Assembly (NCBI GenBank): GCA_964291675.2
Contig: OZ219865.1
Span: 704,001 to 768,000, forward strand
Direction: 5' to 3'
DNA length: 64,000 bases
DNA from: Alphaproteobacteria bacterium
GTDB lineage: Bacteria > Pseudomonadota > Alphaproteobacteria > MPNO01
The translations under genes were made by a program, and so were the position numbers. Position 1 is the first letter of the stretch. Each line of letters starts with the position of its first letter. The notes under the pieces are model-generated. The model was not told where the DNA came from. It ran no database searches and saw only the letters and a program-made list of their open reading frames with translations. Below, one piece after another: positions 18,217 through 28,262 of the stretch.

Positions 18217-19866
18217 ATGATCGAACCCTCGGCGCATGTCGACCGCTTCCTCAACGACAACCTGCCGCCGCGCGCGCTGTGGCCGGAGATGGACTATTCC
18301 GTCCTGCCGGAGCTCGCCGCCTACCCGGCGCGGTTCAACGCCGCCGTCGAGCTGCTCGACCGGCAGGCGGCGGGCGGCTTCGCCGACAAGCCCATGTTCC
18401 GCTTCGGCGAGCGGGCCTGGAGCTATGGCGAGGTGCTGGAGCGGGCCAACCGCATCGCCAATTTTCTGGTCGAGGATTGCGGGCTGGTCCCCGGCAACCG
18501 GGTGCTGCTGCGCTCGGGCAACCACCCGATGCTGGCGGCCTGCTGGTACGCGGTGCTCAAGGCGGGCGGGGTCGCGGTCACCACGATGCCGACGCTGCGC
18601 GCCCGGGAGATCGAGTACATCGCAGGCAAGGCGCGGATTCAACTGGCGATTTCCCATCGGTCGCTTGCCGCCGATATCGCGGCGGCGGCGCCCGCCTGCG
18701 CCGATCTGAGGCGGGTTCTCCATTTCGGGGATGACGCGGCTGACGGTCTCGAAGCCCTCGCCGGGGCCAAGCCCGCGACCTTCGCCAATGTCGACACCGC
18801 GGCCGAGGACGTGGCCATCATCGGCTTCACCTCGGGCTCGACCGGAACGCCCAAGGGGACGATCCACTTCCACCGCGACCTGCTTGCCGCCGCCGACTGC
18901 TTCGCCGGGCGCATCGTCGACATCCGCCCGGGCGACATCGTCTGCGGCTCGCCGCAGATCGCCTTCTTGTACGGGCTCTGCGCCTTCCTGGTCGACGCGC
19001 CGCGCTTCGGCGCCGAGACCGTGCTGCTGGAGCGGGCGACGCCGACGCTGCTGCTGGAGACCATCGAGAAGACCCGCGCGACGGTCTGCTTCTCGACGCC
19101 CTCCGGCTACAAGCTGATGCTGGAGGACGCCGCGAGCTACGACCTCTCCAGCCTGCGGGTCTGCGTCGGCGGGGGCGAGCCGCTGGCGCCCGCGGTGTTC
19201 GAGCGCTGGAAGGACATCACCGGGGTCTCGATGATCAACGGGCTCGGGATCTCCGAACTCCTGCACATCTTCATCTCGGCCGCCGGGGACGACATCCGCC
19301 CGGGCGCCATCGGCAGGTCCATACCGGGCTTCCGGGTGCGGGTGGTGAACGACGAGTTCGAGGACGCCGCGCCGGGCGAGATCGGCCAGATGATCGTCAA
19401 GGGCCCCAACGGCTGCCGTTATCTCGACGACGCGGAACGCCAGGCCAAATACGTGCGCGACGGCTGGAACCTGTCGGGCGATCTCTGCCGCGTCGACGGG
19501 GACGGCTATGTCTATTACGAGGCGCGCAGCGACGACATGATTCTGACCAGCGGGTACAACGTCTCGGGGCTGGAGGTCGAGGCGGTGCTGCTCGAACACC
19601 CGAGCGTGCGCGAATGCGCCGTCGTCGGCTCGCCGGACCCGGACCGGGGCGCGATCGTCAAGGCCTTCGTCGCGCTGTCGGACGGGGCGGCGGGCGACTC
19701 GACGCTCGCCGGGGAGCTGCAGGACTACGTGAAATCGCAGATCTCCGCCTTCAAGTACCCGCGCGCGATCGAGTTCGTCGACGCCTTGCCGCTGACCCCG
19801 ACGGGCAAGATCCAGCGCGGCGCGCTGCGCGCCCTCGAACGCGAGCGCGCCGGGACCGGCGGGTGA
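18217..19866 (+). CDS. Aromatic acid-CoA ligase (2-aminobenzoate/benzoate-CoA ligase-like)
   Basis: SAHVDRFLNDNLPP N-terminus; FTSGSTGTPKG, NGLGISELLHIF, GD, RSDDMI and TGKIQR motifs. Confidence 0.85.
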   Translation: MIEPSAHVDRFLNDNLPPRALWPEMDYSVLPELAAYPARFNAAVELLDRQAAGGFADKPMFRFGERAWSYGEVLERANRIANFLVEDCGLVPGNRVLLRSGNHPMLAACWYAVLKAGGVAVTTMPTLRAREIEYIAGKARIQLAISHRSLAADIAAAAPACADLRRVLHFGDDAADGLEALAGAKPATFANVDTAAEDVAIIGFTSGSTGTPKGTIHFHRDLLAAADCFAGRIVDIRPGDIVCGSPQIAFLYGLCAFLVDAPRFGAETVLLERATPTLLLETIEKTRATVCFSTPSGYKLMLEDAASYDLSSLRVCVGGGEPLAPAVFERWKDITGVSMINGLGISELLHIFISAAGDDIRPGAIGRSIPGFRVRVVNDEFEDAAPGEIGQMIVKGPNGCRYLDDAERQAKYVRDGWNLSGDLCRVDGDGYVYYEARSDDMILTSGYNVSGLEVEAVLLEHPSVRECAVVGSPDPDRGAIVKAFVALSDGAAGDSTLAGELQDYVKSQISAFKYPRAIEFVDALPLTPTGKIQRGALRALERERAGTGG

Positions 19867-19899
19867 TGACATCCGGCGCGGCCTGCACTAGGCTCGGCC

Positions 19900-20046
19900 A
19901 TGTCGCCCGAGCCGATCGCCATCCTCGCCGTCGGGGTCGCCCTGGCCGGGATGATGGCCACCCTGCCCGGGCGGCTGGAGCGACGGCTCGAAGGGTTGCT
20001 CGACGGTCTCCGCGAAGCGGTTGCGGGCCGGCAGACGGCGCAATAA
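19900..20046 (+). CDS. Small hypothetical membrane/coiled-coil protein (48 aa)
   Basis: MSPEPIAILAVGVALAGMMATLPGRLERRLEGLLDGLREAVAGRQTAQ; below the ORF-track cutoff. Confidence 0.45.
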   Translation: MSPEPIAILAVGVALAGMMATLPGRLERRLEGLLDGLREAVAGRQTAQ

Positions 20047-20136
20047 AACCGGCCCGGGATCGCTCTTGTAGACATGGATGAAGAAGCCGGGGTCCGCGGC
20101 AGGGCCTGCGCCGCCCCGGACGGCGAGGAGAAAAAC

Positions 20137-20718
20137 ATGCGCGCCGATATCTTGGACTTCCTGATGACCCGCCGCTCGGTGACGGCACGCAATCTGGGCG
20201 ACCCGGGGCCGGGCGACGACGAGCTCGACATGATCCTCAAGACGGGCATGCGGGTGCCGGACCACGGCAAGCTGGGTCCGTGGCGGTTCACCGTCATCAG
20301 GGGCGCCGCCCGGGCCGCCTTCGGCGACGTTCTCGCCGACGCGTTCAGGAAGGAGAACCCGGATGCGTTCGACGAGCTGGTCGAGGTCGAGCGCGAACGC
20401 TTCCAGCGCGCCCCCGTCATCGTCGCCGTGACGTCTCGCATCACGCCCGAGCACAAGATCCCGGAATGGGAGCAGACGCTGTCCTCGGGCGCGGTCTGCA
20501 TGAACATGCTGAACGCGGCGCACGCCATCGGCTATTCCGCGCAGTGGCTGACCGAGTGGCCGGCCTATAACGCCGACGTGGCGGCGGCGCTCGGCTGCGG
20601 CGAGAACGAGCGGGTGGCGGGTTTCGTCTATGTGGGCACCGCCAAGGAGCCGCCCGCCGAACGCACCCGGGCGGAGTACGAGACCGTCGTCCGCGAGTGG
20701 ACGCCGAACGCGCCGTGA
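20137..20718 (+). CDS. Nitroreductase (YdjA-like)
   Basis: TRRSV, RVPDHGKLGPWRF, KIPEWEQ and QWLT motifs; GAGGAG RBS. Confidence 0.9.
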   Translation: MRADILDFLMTRRSVTARNLGDPGPGDDELDMILKTGMRVPDHGKLGPWRFTVIRGAARAAFGDVLADAFRKENPDAFDELVEVERERFQRAPVIVAVTSRITPEHKIPEWEQTLSSGAVCMNMLNAAHAIGYSAQWLTEWPAYNADVAAALGCGENERVAGFVYVGTAKEPPAERTRAEYETVVREWTPNAP

Positions 20719-21194
20719 CGGCGAGCATCGCGCTGCGCCCCATCGGCTTCGTCCGCGGCGGGCGCAAGGAGCCCTTCAACGACGACTGGGGCGGCGTGCA
20801 GGCCGCCATCGAGCTCGACACCGACTGGCTCGGCGCCGATGCGATCCGCGGGCTCGACGGCTTCTCCCACGCCGTCGTCCTGTACCGCTTCCACGTCACC
20901 GATCCCGCGACCATCGTCACCGGCGCGCGCCACCCGCGCAACGACCCGGCGTTGCCGCTGACCGGGATCTTCGCCCAGCGCGGCCATTACCGGCCCAATT
21001 TGATCGGCTCCACGGTGTGCCGCGTGCGCGGCGTGGCGGGGACGACGGTCCACGTCCAGGGGCTCGATGCGGTCGACGGCACGCCGGTGATCGACATCAA
21101 GCCCTATATGACCGCCTTCGCCCCGCGCGGCGAGGTGCGCGAGCCGGGCTGGGTCGAAGAGGTGATGAAGAGCTACTGGAAGAAAATTTCCTAA
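20715..21194 (+). CDS. TsaA/TrmO family SAM-binding methyltransferase
   Basis: LRPIGFV, GLDGFSH, GIFAQRGHYRPN and GLDAVDGTPVIDIKPY motifs; GTG overlapping the upstream stop. Confidence 0.85.
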   Translation: MTASIALRPIGFVRGGRKEPFNDDWGGVQAAIELDTDWLGADAIRGLDGFSHAVVLYRFHVTDPATIVTGARHPRNDPALPLTGIFAQRGHYRPNLIGSTVCRVRGVAGTTVHVQGLDAVDGTPVIDIKPYMTAFAPRGEVREPGWVEEVMKSYWKKIS

Positions 21195-21198
21195 AACC

Positions 21199-21891
21199 AT
21201 GTCTTTTCAGGATTATCGAGCGGACGCCAAACGGGTTTACGCGACGCTCGCCGATGGCGGTATCGGGATCGTTCCGACCGACGTGGGCTACGTCATCCTC
21301 GCCATTTCGAGCGCCGCGATCTGGCGCATCTTCGAGGTCAAGCGGCGCAAGCCCGACAAGCTCAACGCCATGTGCGGCTGCCTGGAGATGCACCGGGACC
21401 TGCATGTGCTCGACGACGACCGCCGCGCCGTCGTCTCGGCCATCGTCGGCGATGCGGACCTGCCGATGGGAACGGTCGCGCCGGGCCGGCTCGACCACCC
21501 GGCGCTCGCCTCGCTGGAGACCGACGTGCTCGACCAGACCACCGACGAGGGCACCATCGCGATGCTGCTCAACGCCGGGCCGCTGCTCGACGAGCTGGCG
21601 CGGATCGCGTTTGCCGACGGCCGCCTGGTGATCGGCTCGTCGGCCAACATCTCGCTCCGGGGCGTGAAATTCCGCGCCGAAGACATCGAGCCCGAGATCC
21701 GCGCGGCCGCCGATATCGCGATCGATTACGGGCTCGCGCGCTGGAACCGCTACGGCAGGTCGTCCACGATGATCGATGTCGGGCGCATGCGGGTGGTGCG
21801 CTACGGCTCCTGCTTCGATTTGATCGACGACCTGTTGCGACGCCGCTTCGGCATCGCCCTGCCACCCGACCCCGAGCGTCCGCTAGAGTAG
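21199..21891 (+). CDS. Sua5/YciO/YrdC family protein
   Basis: VPTDVGY, IFEVKRR, SSANIS and SSTMID motifs. Confidence 0.8.
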   Translation: MSFQDYRADAKRVYATLADGGIGIVPTDVGYVILAISSAAIWRIFEVKRRKPDKLNAMCGCLEMHRDLHVLDDDRRAVVSAIVGDADLPMGTVAPGRLDHPALASLETDVLDQTTDEGTIAMLLNAGPLLDELARIAFADGRLVIGSSANISLRGVKFRAEDIEPEIRAAADIAIDYGLARWNRYGRSSTMIDVGRMRVVRYGSCFDLIDDLLRRRFGIALPPDPERPLE

Positions 21892-21917
21892 CGTCTTCAC
21901 GACCAGGGAGGACGCCG

Positions 21918-22322
21918 ATGGAACGCGAGCACATCAACCCCGACGGGATCTACAGGCATCCCGCCTTCACCCGCGTGGTCACCGTCACCGGGCCGATGAA
22001 GCTGGTCTTCATCGCCGGCCAGACGCCGTCGGACGAGAACTACCGCCCGGTGGCGCCGGGCGATTACCGGGCGCAGTACATCCAGGTGAACGAGAACCTT
22101 GAGGTCCAGCTCAAGGCCGCCGGCGCCGGCTGGGAGGACGTGGTGTACCGCCGGATCTTCGTCCTCGACGTGGACGAGTATCTCAGGATCCAGACCGACC
22201 CCACGACCCCGGTATTCGGCGATCCCGAGAAGCCGGCCCCCTCGACCCTGGTGGGCGTCACCCGCCTGTCCAACCCGCAATTCCTGATCGAGATCGACCT
22301 TCTGGCGGTGGTCCCGGGCTGA
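21918..22322 (+). CDS. RidA (YjgF/YER057c/UK114) family protein
   Basis: VFIAGQ, LKAAGAGWEDVV and STLVGVTRLSNPQFLIEID motifs; GGGAGG RBS. Confidence 0.88.
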   Translation: MEREHINPDGIYRHPAFTRVVTVTGPMKLVFIAGQTPSDENYRPVAPGDYRAQYIQVNENLEVQLKAAGAGWEDVVYRRIFVLDVDEYLRIQTDPTTPVFGDPEKPAPSTLVGVTRLSNPQFLIEIDLLAVVPG

Positions 22323-22324
22323 GC

Positions 22325-23371
22325 ATGCAGGAGCGTCCGGTCCATCTCGTCGGCAGCATCCCGCTGGAAGACGCCAGCGCGGTGTTTCGCGAGGCGGGAC
22401 GGCGCCTCGGCGCCCGCCTCGCGCGCATACCCGATGGCGAGACCGGGGTCCGCAGCAACTGGATATCGTGGCAGCACCGCCTGTTCGCCGGGCAGGCGGC
22501 GCTAGTCGTATCGGAGGCGAAGGAGCGCGCGTACCAGCTCGGACCGCCGTTTCGCCTCGCGCCGGGCCGCGGAGCGGACGCGCTCGACTTCGGCGAGCTC
22601 GGCTATGCGCGCGCGGCCGCCGCCTCGTGGCGGGATTTCGCGGCGGCCCGGGCGGAGGGCGCGGTGCCGGAAAGCTGCCGCTTCCAGGTCTGCCTGCCCA
22701 CCCCCTTCGCGCCGGTCTATTCCTTCGTCGCCTATCGCGACCAGGGCGCGGTGATTCCGCTCTACGAGGCCCGCATGCTGGCCGAGCTCGCGGAAATCTG
22801 CCGGACGGTGCCGGCTTCCCGGCTCGCCGTGCAGTGGGACGTGGCCACCGAGATGAGCATCTTCGAGGGTCTCTTCCCCGTCCCCTTTCTCGGCGAGGTG
22901 CCGGAGGGGGCGCTGATCGAGCGCATCGCGCGTCTCGGCGACGCGGTGCCGGCGGAGGTCGAGCTCGGCTTCCACCTGTGCTACGGCGACATGAACCACC
23001 GGCACTGGAAGGAGCCGGAGGATACGGGAGTCCTCGTCCGCATCGCCAACGCGATCGCCGCCTCGGTCACCCGCCCGATCGACTGGGTCCACATCCCGGT
23101 GCCGCGCGAGCGCGACGACGACGCCTATTTCGCGCCGCTCCGCGACCTCGCGCTCGACCCGGCGACCCGGCTCCATCTCGGGCTGGTCCACTTCACCGAC
23201 GGGGTCGCCGGCGCGAGACGGCGCATCGCCGCGGCCGAGCGCGCGGTCTCCGGGTTCGGGATCGGCACCGAATGCGGCTTCGGCCGGCGCGATCCGGCGA
23301 CCGTCCTCGGCCTGCTCGACCTGCACCGCGCCATCGCCGGCGGGTCCGGGGAAACAGGCTCGGAACGTTGA
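22325..23371 (+). CDS. Cobalamin-independent methionine synthase-like (single catalytic barrel) protein
   Basis: HLVGS, IPDGETG, QWD, FHLCYGD and TECGFGR, a Zn-ligand-like pattern. Confidence 0.65.
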   Translation: MQERPVHLVGSIPLEDASAVFREAGRRLGARLARIPDGETGVRSNWISWQHRLFAGQAALVVSEAKERAYQLGPPFRLAPGRGADALDFGELGYARAAAASWRDFAAARAEGAVPESCRFQVCLPTPFAPVYSFVAYRDQGAVIPLYEARMLAELAEICRTVPASRLAVQWDVATEMSIFEGLFPVPFLGEVPEGALIERIARLGDAVPAEVELGFHLCYGDMNHRHWKEPEDTGVLVRIANAIAASVTRPIDWVHIPVPRERDDDAYFAPLRDLALDPATRLHLGLVHFTDGVAGARRRIAAAERAVSGFGIGTECGFGRRDPATVLGLLDLHRAIAGGSGETGSER

Positions 23372-23462
23372 CGGTTATCGCGCGATTACCTACCGTGCCG
23401 ACAAGGTCGACGGGGGCCGGAACCCCGACCCCATCGCCGCATTCCTGAGGGGAGAGAATTCG

Positions 23463-24467
23463 ATGCAGAAAGCGATCGTCAGCGTCGTCGCGGCCCTGGC
23501 CGCGGCCGGTCTTGCCGCCGAGGCGTCCGCCAAGTGCGACAAGGGCGAGATGGTCATCAAGTTCAGCCACGTCACCAACACCGACAAGCACCCCAAGGGG
23601 ATCGCGGCCACGCTTCTGGCCAAGCGGGTGAACGCCGAGATGAACGGCAAGGCCTGCATGCAGGTCTTCCCCAACTCCACCCTCTACGACGACAACAAGG
23701 TGCTGGAGGCGATGCTCCAGGGCGACGTCCAGCTCGCCGCGCCGTCGCTGTCGAAGTTCGAGAAGTTCACCAAGAAGTTCCGCATCTTCGACCTGCCCTT
23801 CATGTTCAAGGACATCGCGGCGGTGGACCGCTTCCAGAATTCCCAAGCCGGCCAGGCGCTGAAGGACTCGATGAAGCGCCGCGGCCTCCAGGGGCTGCAA
23901 TTCTGGCACAACGGCATGAAGCAGATGTCGGCGAACAGGCCGCTGCTGGTGCCGGCGGACGCGAACGGGCTCAAGTTCCGCGTCCAGCCCTCCGACGTGC
24001 TGGTCGCCCAGTTCAGGCAGCTCGGCTCCAACCCGCAGAAGATGGCCTTCAAGGAGGTCTACGGCGCGCTCCAGACCAAGGTGGTCGACGGCCAGGAGAA
24101 CACCTGGTCGAACATTTATGGCAAGAAGTTCTTCGAGGTGCAGGACGGCGTGACCGAGACCAATCACGGCATCATCGACTACCTCGTCGTCACCTCGACC
24201 GAATGGTGGGACGGGCTGCCCAAGGACGTCCGCGGCCCGTTCGCCAGGATCCTCATGGAGGTCACGGTGCAGCGCAACAAGGAAGCCTGGACCGTGAACC
24301 AGGAGAACAAGAAGAAGATCGTCGAGTCGGGCGGCAAGATCCGCACGCTCAACGCGCAACAGCGCGAGGCCTGGGTGAAGGCGCTCCAGCCGGTGTGGAA
24401 GAAGTTCGAGAAGGATATCGGCGCCGAGCTGATCGAGGCCGCCCAGGCGGCCAACGTCGGAAGCTGA
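23463..24467 (+). CDS. dctP: TRAP C4-dicarboxylate substrate-binding protein
   Basis: Signal peptide; IKFSHV, FPNSTLY, GLKFRVQ and VVDGQEN motifs. Confidence 0.92.
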   Translation: MQKAIVSVVAALAAAGLAAEASAKCDKGEMVIKFSHVTNTDKHPKGIAATLLAKRVNAEMNGKACMQVFPNSTLYDDNKVLEAMLQGDVQLAAPSLSKFEKFTKKFRIFDLPFMFKDIAAVDRFQNSQAGQALKDSMKRRGLQGLQFWHNGMKQMSANRPLLVPADANGLKFRVQPSDVLVAQFRQLGSNPQKMAFKEVYGALQTKVVDGQENTWSNIYGKKFFEVQDGVTETNHGIIDYLVVTSTEWWDGLPKDVRGPFARILMEVTVQRNKEAWTVNQENKKKIVESGGKIRTLNAQQREAWVKALQPVWKKFEKDIGAELIEAAQAANVGS

Positions 24468-24486
24468 CCGGCGCGTTGCCCACGAA

Positions 24487-24514
24487 CCCCCGCCCGGCCG
24501 GCCCGGGCGGGGGC
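24487..24514 (+). terminator. GC hairpin between dctP and dctQ (stabiliser/attenuator-like)
   Basis: CCCCCGCCCGG...CCGGGCGGGGG inverted repeat without a U-tract. Confidence 0.4.
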
Positions 24515-24535
24515 CGTTGACCCGGTAGCCGGGGC

Positions 24536-25141
24536 ATGCCGGAACCTCCGGGCTCCAGATTCGGGCAGGTCTTCGACCGGATCGAGGAGACCCTGATCGC
24601 GGTCTTCCTCGGCCTGATGACCGTGATCACCTTCGCCAACGTGGTCGCGCGCTACGTCTTCAACGACAACATCCTGTGGGCGCTGGAGGCGACGGTCTTC
24701 CTGTTCGCCTGGCTGGTGCTGCTGGGCGCGTCCTACGCCGTCAAGCACTCGCTCCATCTCGGCATCGACCTGCTGGTCAACGCGCTCGGCCCGGCGGCCC
24801 GGCGCGCGCTCGGCCTGGTCTCGGTCGCCGCCTGCCTCGGCTTCGCCGTGCTGCTGCTGATCGGGTCCTGGGAGTACTGGTACCCGTTCGCCACCAAGCG
24901 CGCCTTCCTCGAGGTCAACGACGTGCCGATGCCGGGCTTCCTCCAGTTCCTCGCCGAGTGGTTCAACGAGGGCGAGGCCTACGAGAAGATTCCCCGCTTC
25001 ATCCCCTACGCGGCGCTGCCGATCGGCATGGCGCTGCTGACCTGGCGCTTCGTCCAGGCGGGGATCGCCATCGCGCGCGGCACGCAGGCCACCGTGATCG
25101 CCTCGCACGAGGTCGCCGAGTCCGACCGCGCGGAGGGCTGA
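24536..25141 (+). CDS. dctQ: TRAP small permease
   Basis: IEETLIA, NVVARY and WALE...HLGID motifs; hydrophobic. Confidence 0.9.
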   Translation: MPEPPGSRFGQVFDRIEETLIAVFLGLMTVITFANVVARYVFNDNILWALEATVFLFAWLVLLGASYAVKHSLHLGIDLLVNALGPAARRALGLVSVAACLGFAVLLLIGSWEYWYPFATKRAFLEVNDVPMPGFLQFLAEWFNEGEAYEKIPRFIPYAALPIGMALLTWRFVQAGIAIARGTQATVIASHEVAESDRAEG

Positions 25142-25144
25142 GGC

Positions 25145-26509
25145 ATGACCGTCGCCCTGCTGTTCGGCCTCGTCATCCTGCTGATGGTGATCGGCGTCCC
25201 GGTGGCGGTCTCGCTCGGGCTCTCCAGCATCCTGTTCCTGGTGCTCCACTCGGACGGCTCGCTCGCCTCCATCGCGCAGACCCTGTTCTCGGCCTTCGAC
25301 GGGCATTACACGCTGCTCGCCATCCCGTTCTTCATCCTCGCCTCGACCTTCATGTCGACCGGCGGGGTGGCACGGCGCATCATCCGCTTCGCCATCGCGC
25401 TGGTCGGCCACATCAAGGGCGGGCTCGCCATCGCCTCGGTGGTCGCCTGCATGATGTTCGCCGCGCTGTCGGGCTCCTCGCCGGCGACGGTGATCGCCAT
25501 CGGCTCGATCGTGATCGCCGGCATGCGCGAGGTCGGCTACTCGAAGGAGTTCGCCGCCGGCGTGATCTGCAACGCCGGCACGCTCGGCATATTGATCCCG
25601 CCCTCCATAGTCATGGTGGTGTACGCCGCGGCGACCGACGTCTCGGTCGGGCGCATGTTCCTCGCCGGCATCCTGCCCGGCATCGTCGCCGGGCTGATGC
25701 TGATGGCGGGGATCTACGTCACCGCGCGCCTCCGCGGCCTGCCGTCGCAGCCCTGGGCGGGCTGGCGCGAGCTGTTCGAATCGGCGCGCGATGCGTTCTG
25801 GGGGCTGCTGCTGATCTTCATCATCCTGGGCGGCATCTATGGCGGGGTGTTCACCCCGACCGAGGCCGCCGCGGTCGCCGCCGTCTACGCCTTCCTGATC
25901 GCCAACTTCGTCTATCGCGACATGGGGCCCTTCGCCGAGGCCGGACCGAGGGGGCTCGCGCTGGCCACGCGCACGGTCGCCGTGCTCTGGCACCCGGACA
26001 CGAAGAAGACCCTGCTCGAAGGCGGCAAGCTCACCGTCACGCTGATGTTCATCATCGCCAACGCGCTGATCCTCAAGCACGTGCTGACCGAGGAGCGGAT
26101 CCCGCAGGACATCGCCGAGGCGATGCTCGCCGCCGGGCTCGGGCCGATCCTGTTCCTGGTGGTGGTCAACGTGCTGCTGCTGATCGGCGGTCAGTTCATG
26201 GAGCCGTCGGGGCTGCTGATCATCGTCGCGCCGCTGGTCTTCCCGATCGCCATCGAGCTCGGCATAGACCCGATCCATCTCGGGATCATCATGGTGGTCA
26301 ACATGGAGATCGGGATGATCACCCCGCCGGTCGGGCTGAATCTGTTCGTGACCGCGGGCGTCGCCTCGATGTCGGTGATGGACGTGGTGCGCGCGGCTCT
26401 CCCCTGGGTCGGCATCATGTTCGCGTTCCTGATCCTGGTGACCTACGTGCCGTGGATCTCGACCTGGATCCCGATCGCCCTGATGGGGCCGGAGATCATC
26501 ACCAGGTAG
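25145..26509 (+). CDS. dctM: TRAP large permease
   Basis: LLAIPFFILA, FAALSGSSPAT, GILIPPSI, FTPTEAA and ITPPVGLNLFV motifs. Confidence 0.93.
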   Translation: MTVALLFGLVILLMVIGVPVAVSLGLSSILFLVLHSDGSLASIAQTLFSAFDGHYTLLAIPFFILASTFMSTGGVARRIIRFAIALVGHIKGGLAIASVVACMMFAALSGSSPATVIAIGSIVIAGMREVGYSKEFAAGVICNAGTLGILIPPSIVMVVYAAATDVSVGRMFLAGILPGIVAGLMLMAGIYVTARLRGLPSQPWAGWRELFESARDAFWGLLLIFIILGGIYGGVFTPTEAAAVAAVYAFLIANFVYRDMGPFAEAGPRGLALATRTVAVLWHPDTKKTLLEGGKLTVTLMFIIANALILKHVLTEERIPQDIAEAMLAAGLGPILFLVVVNVLLLIGGQFMEPSGLLIIVAPLVFPIAIELGIDPIHLGIIMVVNMEIGMITPPVGLNLFVTAGVASMSVMDVVRAALPWVGIMFAFLILVTYVPWISTWIPIALMGPEIITR

Positions 26510-26581
26510 GCCTGCTCGCCGGGGCCCGAACGGTCCTCGCGGCCCTGCCCCAGCGCGTAGCAGGCGCGCCGGCGCGGCTAG

Positions 26582-28258
26582 CCCGGATTTCTCAAGGGAC
26601 TGCTGCATCGGGGCTCCGGATCTGGGATAATGCTTTTTGCAACAAAGGCTTATCCCGGACCGGAGGAAGTCCCCGATGCCCACACACTGTAACCCGGATC
26701 TGTTCGGTTTTGCACCCGTAGAGGACCGTTCGGTGGTCGCCGCGTTCGATGGCGGGGCGATGACGTCTGACGCCGGGGCGCTGCTGCTCGGCGCCGCCGA
26801 TCGGGCGGTTGGGCTGATCGACCGCTTCGCCGCCTGCTTCGTGGATCACCGCGACGGGCGGCTGATCGAACACGAGCTGCGCGGCCTGGTGGGCCAGCGG
26901 GTGTTCGGCATCGCGCTGGGCTACGAGGATCTGATCGATCACGATACGCTGCGCCACGATCCGGTGATGGCGGTTCTGGCCGGCAAGTTGCGGGCGAAAC
27001 GGCGGGGCTGCGCAGCGCAGGCCGGCAAGTCGACGCTGAACCGGCTGGAGCTCGGCGGCTCGCAACCGGGGCTGTATCACAAGATCGGCCATCGCCCGGC
27101 GGCGATCGAGGCTGTGTTCGTGGAGCAGTTCGTGGCGGCGCAGCGCAGGCCGCCGGCGCGGATCGTGCTGGACCTGGACGCCGCCGACGATCCGTTGCAC
27201 GGGCAGCAGGAGGGGCGCTTCTTCCACGGCTATTACGACGCCTGGTGCTACCTGCCGCTGTACATCTTCTGCGGCCGGCATCTGCTGGCCGCCAAGCTGC
27301 GGCGCGCGAACATCGACGCCTCGGCGGGCGCGGTCGACGAGGTGGCGCGGATCGTCGGCCAGCTGCGCCGGCACTGGCCGCGTGTGCGCATCCTGCTGCG
27401 GGCGGATGCGGGGTTCGCCCGCGAGGCGTTGATGGGCTGGTGCGAGGCCAACGGGGTCGACTACCTGTTCGGCCTGGCGCGCAATCCCCGGCTGGCGGCG
27501 GCGCTTGAGGGGGCGCTGGCGGCAGCGCGGGGCGCGGCCGAGGCGAAGGGCCGGCCGGCCCGGCGCTACCGGGACTTCCTGTGGTCGACCCGCGACAGCC
27601 GGTCGCGCCGGCGCCGAGCCTGCCCCCGCGAAGGCGGGGGTCGGCAAGGCGGAGTGGACCGGCGGCAAGGCCAATCCGCGCTTCGTGGTGACCTCGCTGG
27701 GGCCCGCAGAGGCGCGCTGCCGCCGGCTCTACGAGACGCTGTACTGCGCCCGCGGCGAGATGGAGAACCGGATCAAGGAATGCCAGCTCGACCTGTTCGC
27801 CGACCGCACATCGGCCGGTACCATGCGCGCCAACCAGCTCCGGCTGTGGTTCGCCTCGATGGCCTATGTGCTGCTCTGCGCGCTGCGCCGGATCGGCCTG
27901 GCCAATACCCGCCTCGCCAGGGCAAGCTGCGGCTCGATCCGGCTCAAGCTGCTGAAGATCGCCGCCCTGGTGCGCATCAGCGTGCGGCGGATCAAGCTCG
28001 CCATGGCCTCGACCTGTCCCTACCAGAGAGAGTTCCAGACCGCCCACGCCCGATTATCCGCCGCCGCGGCGTAAGCGGCCCAACCGAACCCGTCCCACCA
28101 ACAGCACAGGAACAGCACCGGACAGACCACCCGCCAAGAAGCGGGCGATGCGACGCGCCTCGAACCCGCCGCCCCGGCTCAGTCCTCGACGTCTCCGATC
28201 CAGACGCAAAAGCCCCGCCGACATTCACCGTCTCGTGACAGGGTTTGAGAAGTCCGGG
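26582..28258 (+). mobile_element. IS1380-family insertion sequence, copy 1 (1677 bp), frameshifted transposase
   Basis: TIRs CCCGGATTTCTCAA / TTGAGAAGTCCGGG flanked by CTAG; FDGGAMTSDAG, LDLD..DD, LRADAGF and YCARGEMENRIKE motifs. Confidence 0.92.
26676..28074 (+). pseudogene. IS1380 transposase disrupted by a ~22-bp hairpin insert
   Basis: Frame changes at 27618-27639 between RRRR and VGKAEW. Confidence 0.8.
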
Positions 28259-28262
28259 CTAG

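Noticed and set aside
22325-23371. Canonical metE
   Set aside because: Only one barrel of about 348 aa, lacking the N-terminal folate-binding half
27600-27660. Programmed ribosomal frameshift in the IS transposase
   Set aside because: IS1380 transposases are normally single ORFs, no slippery heptamer is evident, and the shift coincides with an extra hairpin sequence
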